Part shown: positions 19,515 through 30,230 of the stretch, piece after piece
Layout of the letters: every line of letters begins with the position of its first letter
Numbering within the stretch: position 1 is the stretch's first letter
Assembly (NCBI GenBank): GCA_965242925.1
Contig: CBDEUM010000029.1
Coordinates: forward strand, 256,001 to 320,000
DNA from: Roseibacillus sp.
GTDB taxonomy: Bacteria > Verrucomicrobiota > Verrucomicrobiia > Verrucomicrobiales > Akkermansiaceae
Reading direction: 5' to 3'
DNA length: 64,000 bases
Notes under the pieces: model-generated
The model's database searches: none
Told to the model about the DNA's origin: nothing
The model's input: the letters and a program-made list of their open reading frames with translations, nothing else
Translations under genes and position numbers: made by a program

Positions 19515-20624
19515 ATGGCCATTCCAGAGACTCGAACTCATCATCGCCCCATCGCGATCTGGCTCCTGATCTGTTGTGTGACCCTTGCGGGAATGGTCTT
19601 GCTGGGCGGGGCAACCAGGCTGACGGGTTCGGGACTCTCGATGGTGGAATGGAAACCGGTTACCGGTGTTCTTCCCCCGTTGAGCCAGAATGATTGGGAG
19701 GAGGTTTTTGATCTCTATCAGCAGTCGCCGGAATTTCAGCTGGTGAATCGCAATATGAATCTAGAGGGGTTCAAAGGCATCTTCTATCTCGAATACTTCC
19801 ATCGCCTTCTCGGGCGCCTGATCGGGCTTATCGTCATGCTGCCGCTGATCTACTTCGTGGTCAGGAGGAAGATCGATCGGACGCTGGCCCTGAAACTGGC
19901 AATCATGGTGGTTCTCGGTGGGCTGCAGGGGGTGCTCGGTTGGTACATGGTCCAGAGTGGGTTGGTGGATGTTCCCCATGTCAGCCAATACCGGCTGACC
20001 GCTCATCTCGGCCTGGCGTTCCTGATCTACGGATACATTCTCTGGATTGCGTTTGATCTGCTGTGGCCGAACTTTGTTGGCAAATCAGACACCGATCTTC
20101 GAGGGCTCCGGCGCTTCTCTGTAGTCATCCCCTGCCTGGTCTTTGTGACCGTTCTTTCAGGAGGATTTGTGGCGGGCCTGGAGGCCGGCCTCATTCACAA
20201 TACCTTTCCCCTGATGGGCGGTCGGGTGGTTCCGGAGGGGCTGCTGTATCTTGATCCGGCATGGAGAAATGTCTTCGATAATCCCGTTACCGTGCAATTC
20301 AATCACCGGATTCTTGCGACGCTCCTGTTTGTCTTGGTTCCGGTTTTCTGGCACCACGCAAGACGCCATGCTCTGCCCCGCCGGATCAGAATCGGCTTCC
20401 ACCTCCTTCTGGCACTCCTGTTGATCCAGGTTGCGCTGGGTATCTCGACTCTGCTTCTGCGCGTACCGGTGTCGATTGCCACCATTCACCAGGGTGGAGG
20501 GCTGGCTCTTTTCTCGGCGGCCTTATTTCTCGCCAACCAGCTGCGAAGGAGCATTCCGTCGGGTAATACGGGTGGGAAGATCCCGGTTCAAGAAAAGGAT
20601 CGGCATGCCTTCGGCACCGATTAG
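19515..20624 (+). CDS. ctaA: Heme A synthase (COX15/CtaA, type 2)
   Basis: GGATRLTGSGLS, EYFHRLLGR, GWYMVQSGL, YRLTAHL, QFNHR, HQ. Confidence 0.93.
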   Translation: MAIPETRTHHRPIAIWLLICCVTLAGMVLLGGATRLTGSGLSMVEWKPVTGVLPPLSQNDWEEVFDLYQQSPEFQLVNRNMNLEGFKGIFYLEYFHRLLGRLIGLIVMLPLIYFVVRRKIDRTLALKLAIMVVLGGLQGVLGWYMVQSGLVDVPHVSQYRLTAHLGLAFLIYGYILWIAFDLLWPNFVGKSDTDLRGLRRFSVVIPCLVFVTVLSGGFVAGLEAGLIHNTFPLMGGRVVPEGLLYLDPAWRNVFDNPVTVQFNHRILATLLFVLVPVFWHHARRHALPRRIRIGFHLLLALLLIQVALGISTLLLRVPVSIATIHQGGGLALFSAALFLANQLRRSIPSGNTGGKIPVQEKDRHAFGTD

Positions 20625-20636
20625 CATTCGCCCATC

Positions 20637-23324
20637 GTGAGATCTTTTCGCTGGATAGTTCCTGCAGCTTTGTTCTGCGCAGGCGTCGCTCCGGTGGCAT
20701 TTGCTCAGGTCATCATTCCCGGGATCGTTTCCAGTCAACTCGCTCCGGACCTCAAAGGCCTGATTCTGCTCGAGGAATTGAATTGCGCCGCCTGTCACGC
20801 GAGCGAGGCGCCATTTGCAGACCAGGCGAAGAAGGCGCCCCGGCTCTCTGCGGTCGGATCGCGGGTCAATCCACATTATCTTGAGGCCTTTCTCCGCGAT
20901 CCGCATGGGACGAAACCCGGCACTACCATGCCGGACGTGCTGGCGCACCTCGGTGCCAGGGAACGGGGAGAAGTTGCCAAGTCGCTTACGCACTTCCTCC
21001 TGTCCCTGAAGAAAAGCGACTTTGCGCTGCAGCCACCCGATGCGGTGGCTGCGCGACATGGCGAGCAATTGTTCCACTCGCGGGGCTGCGCGGCCTGTCA
21101 TTCGCCCCGTGATGAAGGGGGAAAGGAGCTGCTCGGTAGAACCTCCGTTCCGCTCGGGGCCCTGCAGAAGAAGTACAGCGTCAAGAGTCTGGCCGAGTTT
21201 CTGCGGCGGCCGCACGCCAGTCGCCCCTCCGGGCGCATGCCCGATCTGCGCTTGCAGGGAAAGGATGTCGAGCGGATCACCCACTACCTCCTGCAGGGCA
21301 CGCGGGTGCCGGGATCACTGGCCTATACGCTGTATCGCGGGCAGGTGTGGGAGGGACTGAATAGCGACAAGGTGGAGGCCGAGCAGGCTGGACACGTGGA
21401 GGATTTTTCCCTGGAGAGCCTCGGGAAGGTGCATCATCAGAGTGCGATCGCATACAAAGGATGGCTGAAGATCCCGCAGTCCGGTCGTTATACCGCCTAC
21501 CTCAAGATGAACGGCGGATCGCTGCACGTGGATGGAAAGGAAATTGTCCGGGAGGAGCCGAGCAACCGGCGTGGAGCAAGGAAGCTACAGGGCAGGGCCG
21601 ACCTGCAGGCGGGCTGGCGGAAGATTGAACTGACCTACTTTCACACCGGGCGGGAACCGGAGTTCTCCTTTGAACTGGAAGGACCCGGCTTCAGGCGGCA
21701 TGCCATCCCTTCCTCGATGCTCTCGGTATCCGACGAGCCGCTACCTGCCTTCGCGCCCCTTCAGGTGGATGCCGATCTCGCGGCGCGGGGCCGGACCCAG
21801 TTCGCCAGTCTCGGTTGTGCCAGTTGCCACGACGATCTCCGGATCCGTTCCGAGGCCGGACCGGTCTTTGCGCAATTGGATCCGAGCCGCGGATGCTTGA
21901 GCGAAGCCGCCGGACCGTGGCCCCGGTTCGACCTCGATGCTGAACAACGTGGATTGCTCTCGCGAGTGCTGCCCCGGGCGGAAGGTCGACGGCTCGATGA
22001 CCGGCAACGGCTCGAGAAGACCCTGGTGACCTTCAATTGCATCGCTTGTCACGACCGGGCCGGGCTGGGGGGAATCGCTCCGGAGCGCAACGTGCTTTTT
22101 ACCGGAACGCGGGAAGCGCTGGGGGACCAGGGTCGCCTGCCTCCGCCGCTGTCCCATGTCGGTGCGAAATTGAAGCCCGAGTGGTTGACCGAGGTGTTGC
22201 TGCACGGGAAGCGCCAGCGTGACTACCTGGACGCGAGCATGCCGCAGTATGGCGGAGAGAACGTCGGCCATCTGGTTGAGCTGTTCGGCAGAGTCGACGA
22301 ACTGGAAGCGGTCACGTTCCCGGAGATTGCCGACATCCGGGAGTCCAAGGATGCCGGCTATGAGATGATGGGGACCACCGGATTCAGTTGCATCGCCTGC
22401 CACGATTTCAACGGGCAGCGGGCGGGTGGGGCAGGGGCGCTCGACATCGTGCACGTGACGGAGCGCGTCCGGAAGAGCTGGTTTCACCTCTACATGCGGC
22501 AGCCATCGCGCTTCCACCCCACCGTGATCATGCCCAGCTACTGGCCGGGAGGAAAATCGATTCGTCCCGGCATTCTCGGCGGCGATACCGCTCAACAGAT
22601 CGAGGGGCTGTGGGCCTATCTTGAGGACGGGACCCGGGCGAAGAAGCCCAGGGGACTGTCGCGGCAATCGAGCGAGCTCCGGGTCACCGATGTGGCGGAG
22701 ATGTGCCGGGGCCGGGGCACGGCCGGCTACCGCGGGATCGGCGTGGGCTACCCGGAGCGTATCAGCCTGGCCTTTGATTCCGAGGAGATGGCCCTGCGCC
22801 TGCTGTGGAAAGGGGAGTTCGCGAGCGTCAATCACGGATCGTTCCGGGCCCGTGGTGGCGAGCGGATTTCCTTCCCGGCCGGGATTCCCTTTCACCGCTT
22901 GAAGTCGATGGATGATCACTGGCCCTACAAGGGGAAGACCGATTACGCTTTCCCTCACGACCATGGCTACCAGTTTCGCGGCTATCGCCTGGATGCGCTG
23001 CGGAGACCCACTTTTCAATACCGCTACGGCAATATCGTGGTGGAAGACTTCTTCGAGGACCTTCTCGATGCCGACGGCCGGGCGTATTTCAAGCGAACCA
23101 TCCTGTTTGAATCACCGGACGCACCGCCGCTGTTCCATTTTCGTGCGGGTTCCGGGAAGAAAATCACGTCGCAATCGGACCATGACTTCGTCATTGATCA
23201 ACTCCGGTTGCGCACGGCAGGCGATTACAGGGGAGTGGTCCGTGATGGCGATCCCGCGGAATTGCTGATCCCGCTGACGCTGTCTGCCGGGCGCTCCACT
23301 CTCACCCTTGAATACCGATGGTAA
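20637..23324 (+). CDS. Secreted pentaheme c-type cytochrome with a PA14-like domain
   Basis: Signal peptide; five CxxCH motifs (CAACH x2, CASCH, CIACH x2), several followed by MP distal-ligand motifs; central beta-sandwich. Confidence 0.85.
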   Translation: MRSFRWIVPAALFCAGVAPVAFAQVIIPGIVSSQLAPDLKGLILLEELNCAACHASEAPFADQAKKAPRLSAVGSRVNPHYLEAFLRDPHGTKPGTTMPDVLAHLGARERGEVAKSLTHFLLSLKKSDFALQPPDAVAARHGEQLFHSRGCAACHSPRDEGGKELLGRTSVPLGALQKKYSVKSLAEFLRRPHASRPSGRMPDLRLQGKDVERITHYLLQGTRVPGSLAYTLYRGQVWEGLNSDKVEAEQAGHVEDFSLESLGKVHHQSAIAYKGWLKIPQSGRYTAYLKMNGGSLHVDGKEIVREEPSNRRGARKLQGRADLQAGWRKIELTYFHTGREPEFSFELEGPGFRRHAIPSSMLSVSDEPLPAFAPLQVDADLAARGRTQFASLGCASCHDDLRIRSEAGPVFAQLDPSRGCLSEAAGPWPRFDLDAEQRGLLSRVLPRAEGRRLDDRQRLEKTLVTFNCIACHDRAGLGGIAPERNVLFTGTREALGDQGRLPPPLSHVGAKLKPEWLTEVLLHGKRQRDYLDASMPQYGGENVGHLVELFGRVDELEAVTFPEIADIRESKDAGYEMMGTTGFSCIACHDFNGQRAGGAGALDIVHVTERVRKSWFHLYMRQPSRFHPTVIMPSYWPGGKSIRPGILGGDTAQQIEGLWAYLEDGTRAKKPRGLSRQSSELRVTDVAEMCRGRGTAGYRGIGVGYPERISLAFDSEEMALRLLWKGEFASVNHGSFRARGGERISFPAGIPFHRLKSMDDHWPYKGKTDYAFPHDHGYQFRGYRLDALRRPTFQYRYGNIVVEDFFEDLLDADGRAYFKRTILFESPDAPPLFHFRAGSGKKITSQSDHDFVIDQLRLRTAGDYRGVVRDGDPAELLIPLTLSAGRSTLTLEYRW

Positions 23325-24808
23325 ATGTCCGATTCATCCTGGTCCTGGTGATCGCCGCGATCCCTCATGCCCTTGTTGCCGAGGACCTCGGGGAAATGTG
23401 GGGCACGGCCCGGGAGGAAGAAAAGTACTACCCGATCGTGAACATCCCGATTCCGCCGGAGGTTCCGATGCGTCCGGGCAGTTTTGAGATCCTCCCGGAC
23501 GGGCGGCTGGCGGTGGGCACCCGGCGGGGTGACATCTATTTCATCAAGGGCGCCTTCCAGTCTCCCCCCGAGCCGCGGTACCACCTCTTTGCCAGCGGGC
23601 AGGACGAGATCTTCGGACTCGCCTGGAAAGACGGAGCGATGACGACGACGCAGTTCGGGGAGGTCACCCGCATTTCCGATGTCGACGGGGACGGGATCGC
23701 GGATCGCTACGACACGTTGAGCAACAACTGGGGTTACGCGGAGGGCCACGAGTTTGCCTTTGGATCCAAGCATGATCCGGAGGGCAATATCTGGGTGGCC
23801 CTCGGGTTGAGCGGATCGTATCACTCGCGCAACCTCTTCCGGGGATGGGCGGTGAAAGTGACGCCGGACGGGAAGATGATACCGGTGTGCAGCGGACTTC
23901 GGAGTCCGGGCGGGGTGGGTCCGAATGCGCAGGGGGTCATGTTCTGCATCGAGAGCCAGGGGCCATGGAACGGATGCTGCTCGTTGAAGCATCTCAAGCA
24001 GGGCGCTTTTCTCGGCCATCCTGCCAGTTACAACTGGTATCCCTTCGTTCCCGGCCTGGATGCGCCCGCGGTGGAGCCCGACAGCCCGTCCCGTCTGCAG
24101 GTTGAGAAGAAGCGGGTCAGGGAACTGGTGCCTCCCGTGGTGCGTTTTCCCTACATCAGGATGGGCCGCTCGATCGCCGGCTTCCGGCTCAACCAGACCG
24201 GAGGAAAGTTCGGTCCCTTCGAAAACCAGATCTTCCTGGGCGATTACACCCTGAGCATCATCCTGCGAGTGACCACCGAACAGGTCAACGGGGTGTGGCA
24301 GGGCGCGTGCTATCCCTTTCGGGAAGGCCTCTCCACGGGGATCATGCACGTGGAATTCTCCCCCAGGGGGCAATTGATTGTCGGCGGCTTCACGACCAAC
24401 CGGCAGTGGCCGGTGCGCGGAACGGAACCATTTGCGATCCAGCGCATCGACTGGTCCGGCGTTGTGCCGTTCGAGATCAGGGAAATCAATATCAGGAAGG
24501 ACGGGTTCCTGGTCACCTTCACCAAGCCAGTGGACAGGGGTATCGCCTCCAGCACCGAGACCTACACCGTGACGACCTACACGCACAACTACGCCGCCGG
24601 CTACGGTAGTCCGGAGGTGGATCACACCACGCCCGAGGTGATCAGAGCCGTGCCCTCTGCCGACGGGTTGTCGGTGATGGTGCACCTGGACAAGACCACG
24701 GAAGGCCACATCCACGATTTCGATCTCGCCGGAATGGTGGGCCGGGACGGCGAGCGTCTCCTCCACACCAAGGCCTACTACACGGTGAACGAAATCCCGG
24801 ATCACTAG
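23318..24808 (+). CDS. Secreted beta-propeller protein (PVC sugar-dehydrogenase-like)
   Basis: Signal peptide; DVDGDGIAD, SGLRSPGG, FGPFENQIFLGD, WQGACYPF. Confidence 0.75.
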   Translation: MVNVRFILVLVIAAIPHALVAEDLGEMWGTAREEEKYYPIVNIPIPPEVPMRPGSFEILPDGRLAVGTRRGDIYFIKGAFQSPPEPRYHLFASGQDEIFGLAWKDGAMTTTQFGEVTRISDVDGDGIADRYDTLSNNWGYAEGHEFAFGSKHDPEGNIWVALGLSGSYHSRNLFRGWAVKVTPDGKMIPVCSGLRSPGGVGPNAQGVMFCIESQGPWNGCCSLKHLKQGAFLGHPASYNWYPFVPGLDAPAVEPDSPSRLQVEKKRVRELVPPVVRFPYIRMGRSIAGFRLNQTGGKFGPFENQIFLGDYTLSIILRVTTEQVNGVWQGACYPFREGLSTGIMHVEFSPRGQLIVGGFTTNRQWPVRGTEPFAIQRIDWSGVVPFEIREINIRKDGFLVTFTKPVDRGIASSTETYTVTTYTHNYAAGYGSPEVDHTTPEVIRAVPSADGLSVMVHLDKTTEGHIHDFDLAGMVGRDGERLLHTKAYYTVNEIPDH

Positions 24809-24828
24809 CCCCCGGGCCGAACCCGATC

Positions 24829-25873
24829 ATGATCAGACTATTGCTTCCCTCACTCTGTCGCGCGGCCCTGCTTTTGAGTTGCAGCCCCCTCCTGGCCCAT
24901 CCCGTTCCGGACAGTCCGCAGTGGTTGACGTATTCCGGAAAGAAGGGCCCCGGCAAGGGCAGGCATATCGTGCTGATCTCCGCCGACCAGGAGTACCGTA
25001 GTGAACAATCGATGCCGATGATGGCAGGAATCCTGAGCAGGCATCACGGATTTGACTGCACCATCCTGTTTGGGGTCAATGACAAGGGGGAAGTCGATCC
25101 CACCATGCCGGTCTACCCGAAGAAAGGACAGGAGGCTGAGTTCAAATCCCACAACATACCCGGTCTCAAGCATCTCGCTTCGGCTGACCTGGTCGTCTTC
25201 TTTACGCGCCTCCTGACCCTGCCCGGTGAGCAGCAGGAGCGCATCGTCAGTTACATCGACTCCGGCAAACCGATGATCGCGCTGCGGACTGCGAATCATG
25301 GTTTTCGCGGAGCCTTGCCCTACAAGATTGATGGCAAGACCGTGAACTTCGGCCGGGATGTGCTCGGGGGGTCCTTCATGGGTCATCACGGCCGCTGGCA
25401 CGCCGACTCGACCCGCGGCACGATTGTCAAGGAGCTGAAGGGGCATCCTATCGCGGTCGGGGTCGACGACATCTGGGGACCCTCGGATGTCTACCGGACC
25501 TACAAGGAGGGAACCGGGCTGCCGGAAGGGTGCACGGCCCTGGTCTGGGGACAACCACTGACAGGGCGAAACCATGACGACCCTCCCAATCCCGGGAAGG
25601 AACCGCTTCCCGTGGCGTGGTTCAAGACGTGGCAGACCAGCGAGGGAAAGAAGGCCCGCGTCTTCCAGTCCACGATGGGCAGCGGCAAGGACCTGGAGAG
25701 TGCCGGGCTCCGCAGGTTGATCATCAACGCTGCGTATTGGGGACTCGGAATGGAAGCTGCCATCTCTCCCACTCGGCAGCGTCGACTACGTGGGCCCCTA
25801 CGAGCCACTCGCAAGCGGCTTCAATTACGAGAAGCTGGGAGTGGTCCCCAAGCTGCCTGCTGCCTACAAATAG
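24829..25873 (+). pseudogene. ThuA-like domain protein with a +1 frameshift near 25777 (real or assembly error)
   Basis: HIVLISADQEYRSE..P motif. After ..AISPTR the +1 frame reads SVDYVGPYEPLASGFNYEKLGVVPKLPAAYK* (TAG 25871-73), whereas the 0-frame tail is non-coding-like. Confidence 0.75.
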
Positions 25874-26020
25874 CAACCGGAGTCGGAGCTTGTGGAGCAC
25901 TCGCTACCGCGTTTCAGAGAAGCGGGGAGGCAAGTAACGAGGGAGGGCATGGCGAGGTGCTTCATGGCAGCCGGTTGCGGGGTTCTTTCCGATCGGAACG
26001 GCACCGGAGGATGGGGGAAT

Positions 26021-26221
26021 TCACCTGGTTGGGGGTCGGTCCTTACCCATCACGGCCCAGGTTTCTTCGGGAGAGACATCAGCAATATCCGGGCCGGGCG
26101 GATCCGAGGGGGCCAGAATGGCAAGAAACGTGACGTCCTGATCGAACGGGTTGCAGGTTCCGTGGACGATGTTCTCGGGAATGAGGACCATCTCGCCGGA
26201 ATTGACCCAGCCTTCAGGGCC
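26021..26221 (-). pseudogene. 5'-truncated cupin remnant
   Basis: Reads GEMVLIPENIVHGTCNPFDQDVTFLAILAP (cupin motif 2); motif 1 is absent and there is an in-frame TGA at 26222-24. Confidence 0.55.
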
Positions 26222-26238
26222 TCAACCGTAGGTTTGAG

Positions 26239-26315
<77 letters not shown>

Positions 26316-26477
26316 ACTGTGGGCGGGGAGGATGGGTCAATTCCGGCGCGGGGCAAGCGGAAAGGGGGTTTGGGAAAATTTTAGGAGAGCCCTCTGCTGG
26401 AGGAACGTCTTCAAAGAACCGGGCACATGTGTTTGATTGCCGGGAGGCTTCCGGTTAAGAGCAGTCAACCTACTGTG

Positions 26478-27950
26478 ATGCGCTTCCCGGTTGTCCTGTT
26501 TCTTCTCCTCACGCTTCTTCCCGTGGTCGGCAGGGAGCGTCCCCACGTCCTCTTCCTCGCGGTGGACGACCTCAATGACTGGATCGGTTGTCTGAAAGGT
26601 CATCCCCAGGCGCACACCCCGAACATGGACCGCCTTGCCGCCCGGGGCGTGCTCTTCACCAATGCCCACTGCGTGGCCCCGGCCTGCAATCCTTCCCGGG
26701 CGGCGGTCTTCAGCGGTCGGAGGCCGGGCGTGACCGGGGTCTGGTCCAACCAGAGCGGCTCCCTCGCGCGCCGCTACCCGCAGGCCCGTCTCCTCAGCAC
26801 CGCCTTCGCGGAGTCCGGGTACGAAACCCTCGGGGCGGGTAAACTTCTCCACTCCCGGGGAGGGAAGTCCTTTGGAGAATACTTCGGAGTGAGCCAGCGC
26901 TGGAGTCCCCTGTCGAAGGAGGCGGTGAAGTACACCCGGAAGGAGCTTCCCAGCAAGGCAACGGCGAATCCACGCCATGTCACCAGGGACAGCCGTGGCC
27001 GCAAGGTGGTTCTGCCCCTCAACCGCATGCCTTCGGATCGCAAGCCGACGGAGACTGATGGCGAGTCTTTCGACTGGGGAGGATGGGATGTGCCGGATAC
27101 GGATTTCGGGGATACCCGGATTACGGACTGGGCGATTGGTAAACTGAAAGAAGAGGCAAAGAAACCGCTGTTCCTCGCGGTGGGTTACTACCGTCCCCAT
27201 ATTCCTCTCTGGGCCCCCAAGCGGTTTTTTGACCGTTTTAAGGATGAACCGGGAAACCTGCCTCCCGCCAAGGAGTCCGATCTGAATGACCTCGGTGAAG
27301 GGGGCCGCAAGTGGGCGCGGGAGGCGGTCACGGCGGGTAGCCATGCCACGGTAATACAATACGGCCAGTGGCAGGCTGCGGTGGAAGCCTACCTTGCCTG
27401 CACCACTTATGTGGATCATGAGATCGGACGGCTGCTCGAGGCTCTCGACCAGAGTGCGGTTGGCCAGAATACGTGGATCGTGCTGTGGTCCGACCACGGC
27501 TGGCACCTCGGGGAGAAGGAGCACTGGGGAAAGTGGACCGGCTGGGAGCGGTCGACCCGGGTTCCTCTCATGGTGGTCCCCCCCCGGTCACAGGCCGGGG
27601 AGTTTGCCGCAGGGGGATCGCGTTGCCACCAGCCTGTCAGCCTGCTCGACCTTTATCCCACCCTCGTGGAGCTTTGCGGGTTGAAGGGCCCGGGTAAGCT
27701 GGATGGCCAGTCCCTGGTTCCCCTGCTGCAGGAACCCTCCCGGTCTACGGGACGGGTAGTGGTCACTACCTTTGATCGGGGCAATGTCTCCCTGCGTAGC
27801 GACCGCTGGCGCTACATCCGGTATGGCAACGGGGAGGAAGAGCTCTACGATCTGAAGGCGGACCCCAATGAGTGGTTCAACCTCGCCGGTCGACCGGAAC
27901 ATGCCGCCACAAGGAAAAGGTTCGCCGCCCGTGTCTCGGGGGAGGATTAG
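26478..27950 (+). CDS. Sulfatase (S1, Cys type; iduronate/choline-sulfatase-like)
   Basis: Signal peptide, VDDLNDW, CNPSR, GKLLH, SDHGWHLGEKEHWGK. Confidence 0.93.
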   Translation: MRFPVVLFLLLTLLPVVGRERPHVLFLAVDDLNDWIGCLKGHPQAHTPNMDRLAARGVLFTNAHCVAPACNPSRAAVFSGRRPGVTGVWSNQSGSLARRYPQARLLSTAFAESGYETLGAGKLLHSRGGKSFGEYFGVSQRWSPLSKEAVKYTRKELPSKATANPRHVTRDSRGRKVVLPLNRMPSDRKPTETDGESFDWGGWDVPDTDFGDTRITDWAIGKLKEEAKKPLFLAVGYYRPHIPLWAPKRFFDRFKDEPGNLPPAKESDLNDLGEGGRKWAREAVTAGSHATVIQYGQWQAAVEAYLACTTYVDHEIGRLLEALDQSAVGQNTWIVLWSDHGWHLGEKEHWGKWTGWERSTRVPLMVVPPRSQAGEFAAGGSRCHQPVSLLDLYPTLVELCGLKGPGKLDGQSLVPLLQEPSRSTGRVVVTTFDRGNVSLRSDRWRYIRYGNGEEELYDLKADPNEWFNLAGRPEHAATRKRFAARVSGED

Positions 27951-27962
27951 GCGACCCTGTTG

Positions 27963-29981
27963 TCACTCCTCCACTCTCTGGAGGCGGAAGAACTGCTGTG
28001 ACGCGTCAGGGAGTTGGATGGTGAAGATCTGCTCGGTGCTGTCCTGAAACGAATGGACCGATCCTTCCACACTCTCCCAGTTCTCCAGATCAGACGAGCT
28101 CTCTAGATGGTAACGGCTGGAGTCGTCGAAGCCGGCATAATCGATATGGAGCTGGAAATATCCGTTCCAGTAATTCACTGGCACAAGGTCGAACCGGAAC
28201 AGGGTCTGGAGATATTCTTCCAGGTCACTCAGTTGGCTCTCCCTCGCGGTCTCCAGCAGGGTGGACTCGGCAAAGACGTTTTCGTGGTGCCCGATCAGGT
28301 AGAGGGCCATCTCTGCCTGCCTGCTTTCCATGGCCTGGATGAGAGGGGTCAGGTTCCCGGGGTTGCCCTCGGAAGCTGGTTCGACTGTCTGGAGGTCCAG
28401 CCCTTCCTCCTGGTAGGCCTTAACGAGCTCCAGGTTTCCGGTGCGAATGGCATCCCAGAATGAGATGCCATGGCCTGCGGGGGCCTGCCGCTGCTGGAGC
28501 AGATTGAGGGTCTCCCCGGTGGCCACGTCGAGCGGGGTTGCTCCGAAGGCGTTGAGCGCGGCCATCGAGTCGGCACTGGCCAGGTGCCCAGCCACGTCCA
28601 GGCTGTCATGTTGGGCCGCAAGGTGAAGAGGAGTGTTGAGCTGCTGGCTGAGGCTGGCTCCGTGGTCGAGCAGGAACTGAACGCCGGACACGTTGTTCTC
28701 TTCAAGCATCACGATCATCGGAGAGACAACACCGCCGAGGGTGAAACTGCAGTATTGCAGGTTCACATTGGCTCCCATGCCTCACCAGCAACCGGGCGCA
28801 TTCCATCGCAGTTATCCCTGAAGGGCCGTGACGGTCACCGGGGGGATAGAGGGTGGGGAGCCCTGGCCGGGGTTAGTTCTCCAGGCGGCAGGTCCGGGAT
28901 TGGCCGCAATCTTGGGGGCGGTAATCAGCATCCCCTGGTCCAGATAGGAGGCCAAGACGGCAACGTTGTCGTCCTCAATCGCCTCCTGATAGCTGGGCAA
29001 ACTACTTTCCGTTCCGCCGTTTTCCATTAAGTAGTCGGCCACATCGCTCCTGTTCCGCGCACGGGCCAGCATCAAGGGGGTCTCGCCATTGATATTGACC
29101 GCGTTGATGTCCGCCTCCGCCTCCACCAGTAATTCAAGGACTGGGAGGGACATCGAACGCTGGATCGCAAAGTGAAGGATTGTGGTGAGGTCCTCAAGAG
29201 CGCCTCCGATCCTAATTCCATTATTCAACAGCCACTCCAGTTCATCAGGATCAACCCGTGATTCGGGTCCGTTTGGATCAAGGACGTTGAATTGCGTCGT
29301 CAGTAAATCGAGGAGCGAAGTTTCATCCAGCACGGCTCCGTAAGCCAAAGGTAGTTGCAGAAACTGCCGGTTAAACCTGCCGCGAAATTCTTTGGGAATT
29401 CGAACTCCGTTGATTGTGGCTCCATATTCGATCAGAAGGTCCATCGCTTCAGCGGTCTGGGCCGCAAAGATTTGCGAGCTTGGGTTGGCTCCATTATCCA
29501 GGAGGAAGCGGGCGGTCTGGAGTTGACCAGATGTCAGGGCAACTCCGAGAGGCGTAGTGACAGGAGAGCTGAATAAGGGGTAATTCGGAACGATGCGGTC
29601 TACATCTACGCCAGCAGCGATGAGATGCCTTAGCGTCTCGGTCTGTCCATTTTGCGCGGCAGAGTGTGTGTATACCAAGCAGCCAAAGAAACCAGCGCAG
29701 CCGAATCCATGTGGATCGGCCCCGGCATCAATGAATAGCGGAATGAGGTGCGGTTGGTCGTGATGGATACACAATCCAATTGTGGGATAACGCCCTTGAG
29801 GTGACAGCCCTACCGTGATCCGCCCTGGAACGACTTCGACAAAATGTGGATCAGCCCCGTTGGCGAGGAGTTGTTGGACGGCTTCGGCATCCCCGGAGGA
29901 GATCGCCTCTCGCATGGGATCTGCTGAGGCAGGGAGAATGAGTGCAATGCTGCAGAGAATTGAAAACCAGAGATGTTTCAT
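27963..29981 (-). pseudogene. Secreted ankyrin-repeat protein split into two same-frame ORFs (28812-29981 and 27963-28778)
   Basis: Signal peptide from ATG 29981; GADP, TPL and GANVN ankyrin motifs; a shifted frame across the gap reads AMECARLLVRHG; C-terminal SSDLENW..FFRL domain. Confidence 0.75.
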
Positions 29982-30230
29982 CGGGGGGGTAGCGGTAACC
30001 TGATCACCGGTGAGAGAAGCGGCAAGGCGGATCTCCCTGCGCGGTGCTCTCTGGCGTGACATCCGGCATGCCGACGGCGAGGAGGAGCTCTACGCTGGCA
30101 GGCCGATTTTAACGGGTTTGCAGCGCTTGCCGTGGGGAAGGCTGGACCGACTACACCGGGAACCCTAGCATCCCGGGGCCCGCTGGAGGCCCGACTCTTT
30201 CTCCCCTTCCCGTTGGAGAGGAAACCTGTG

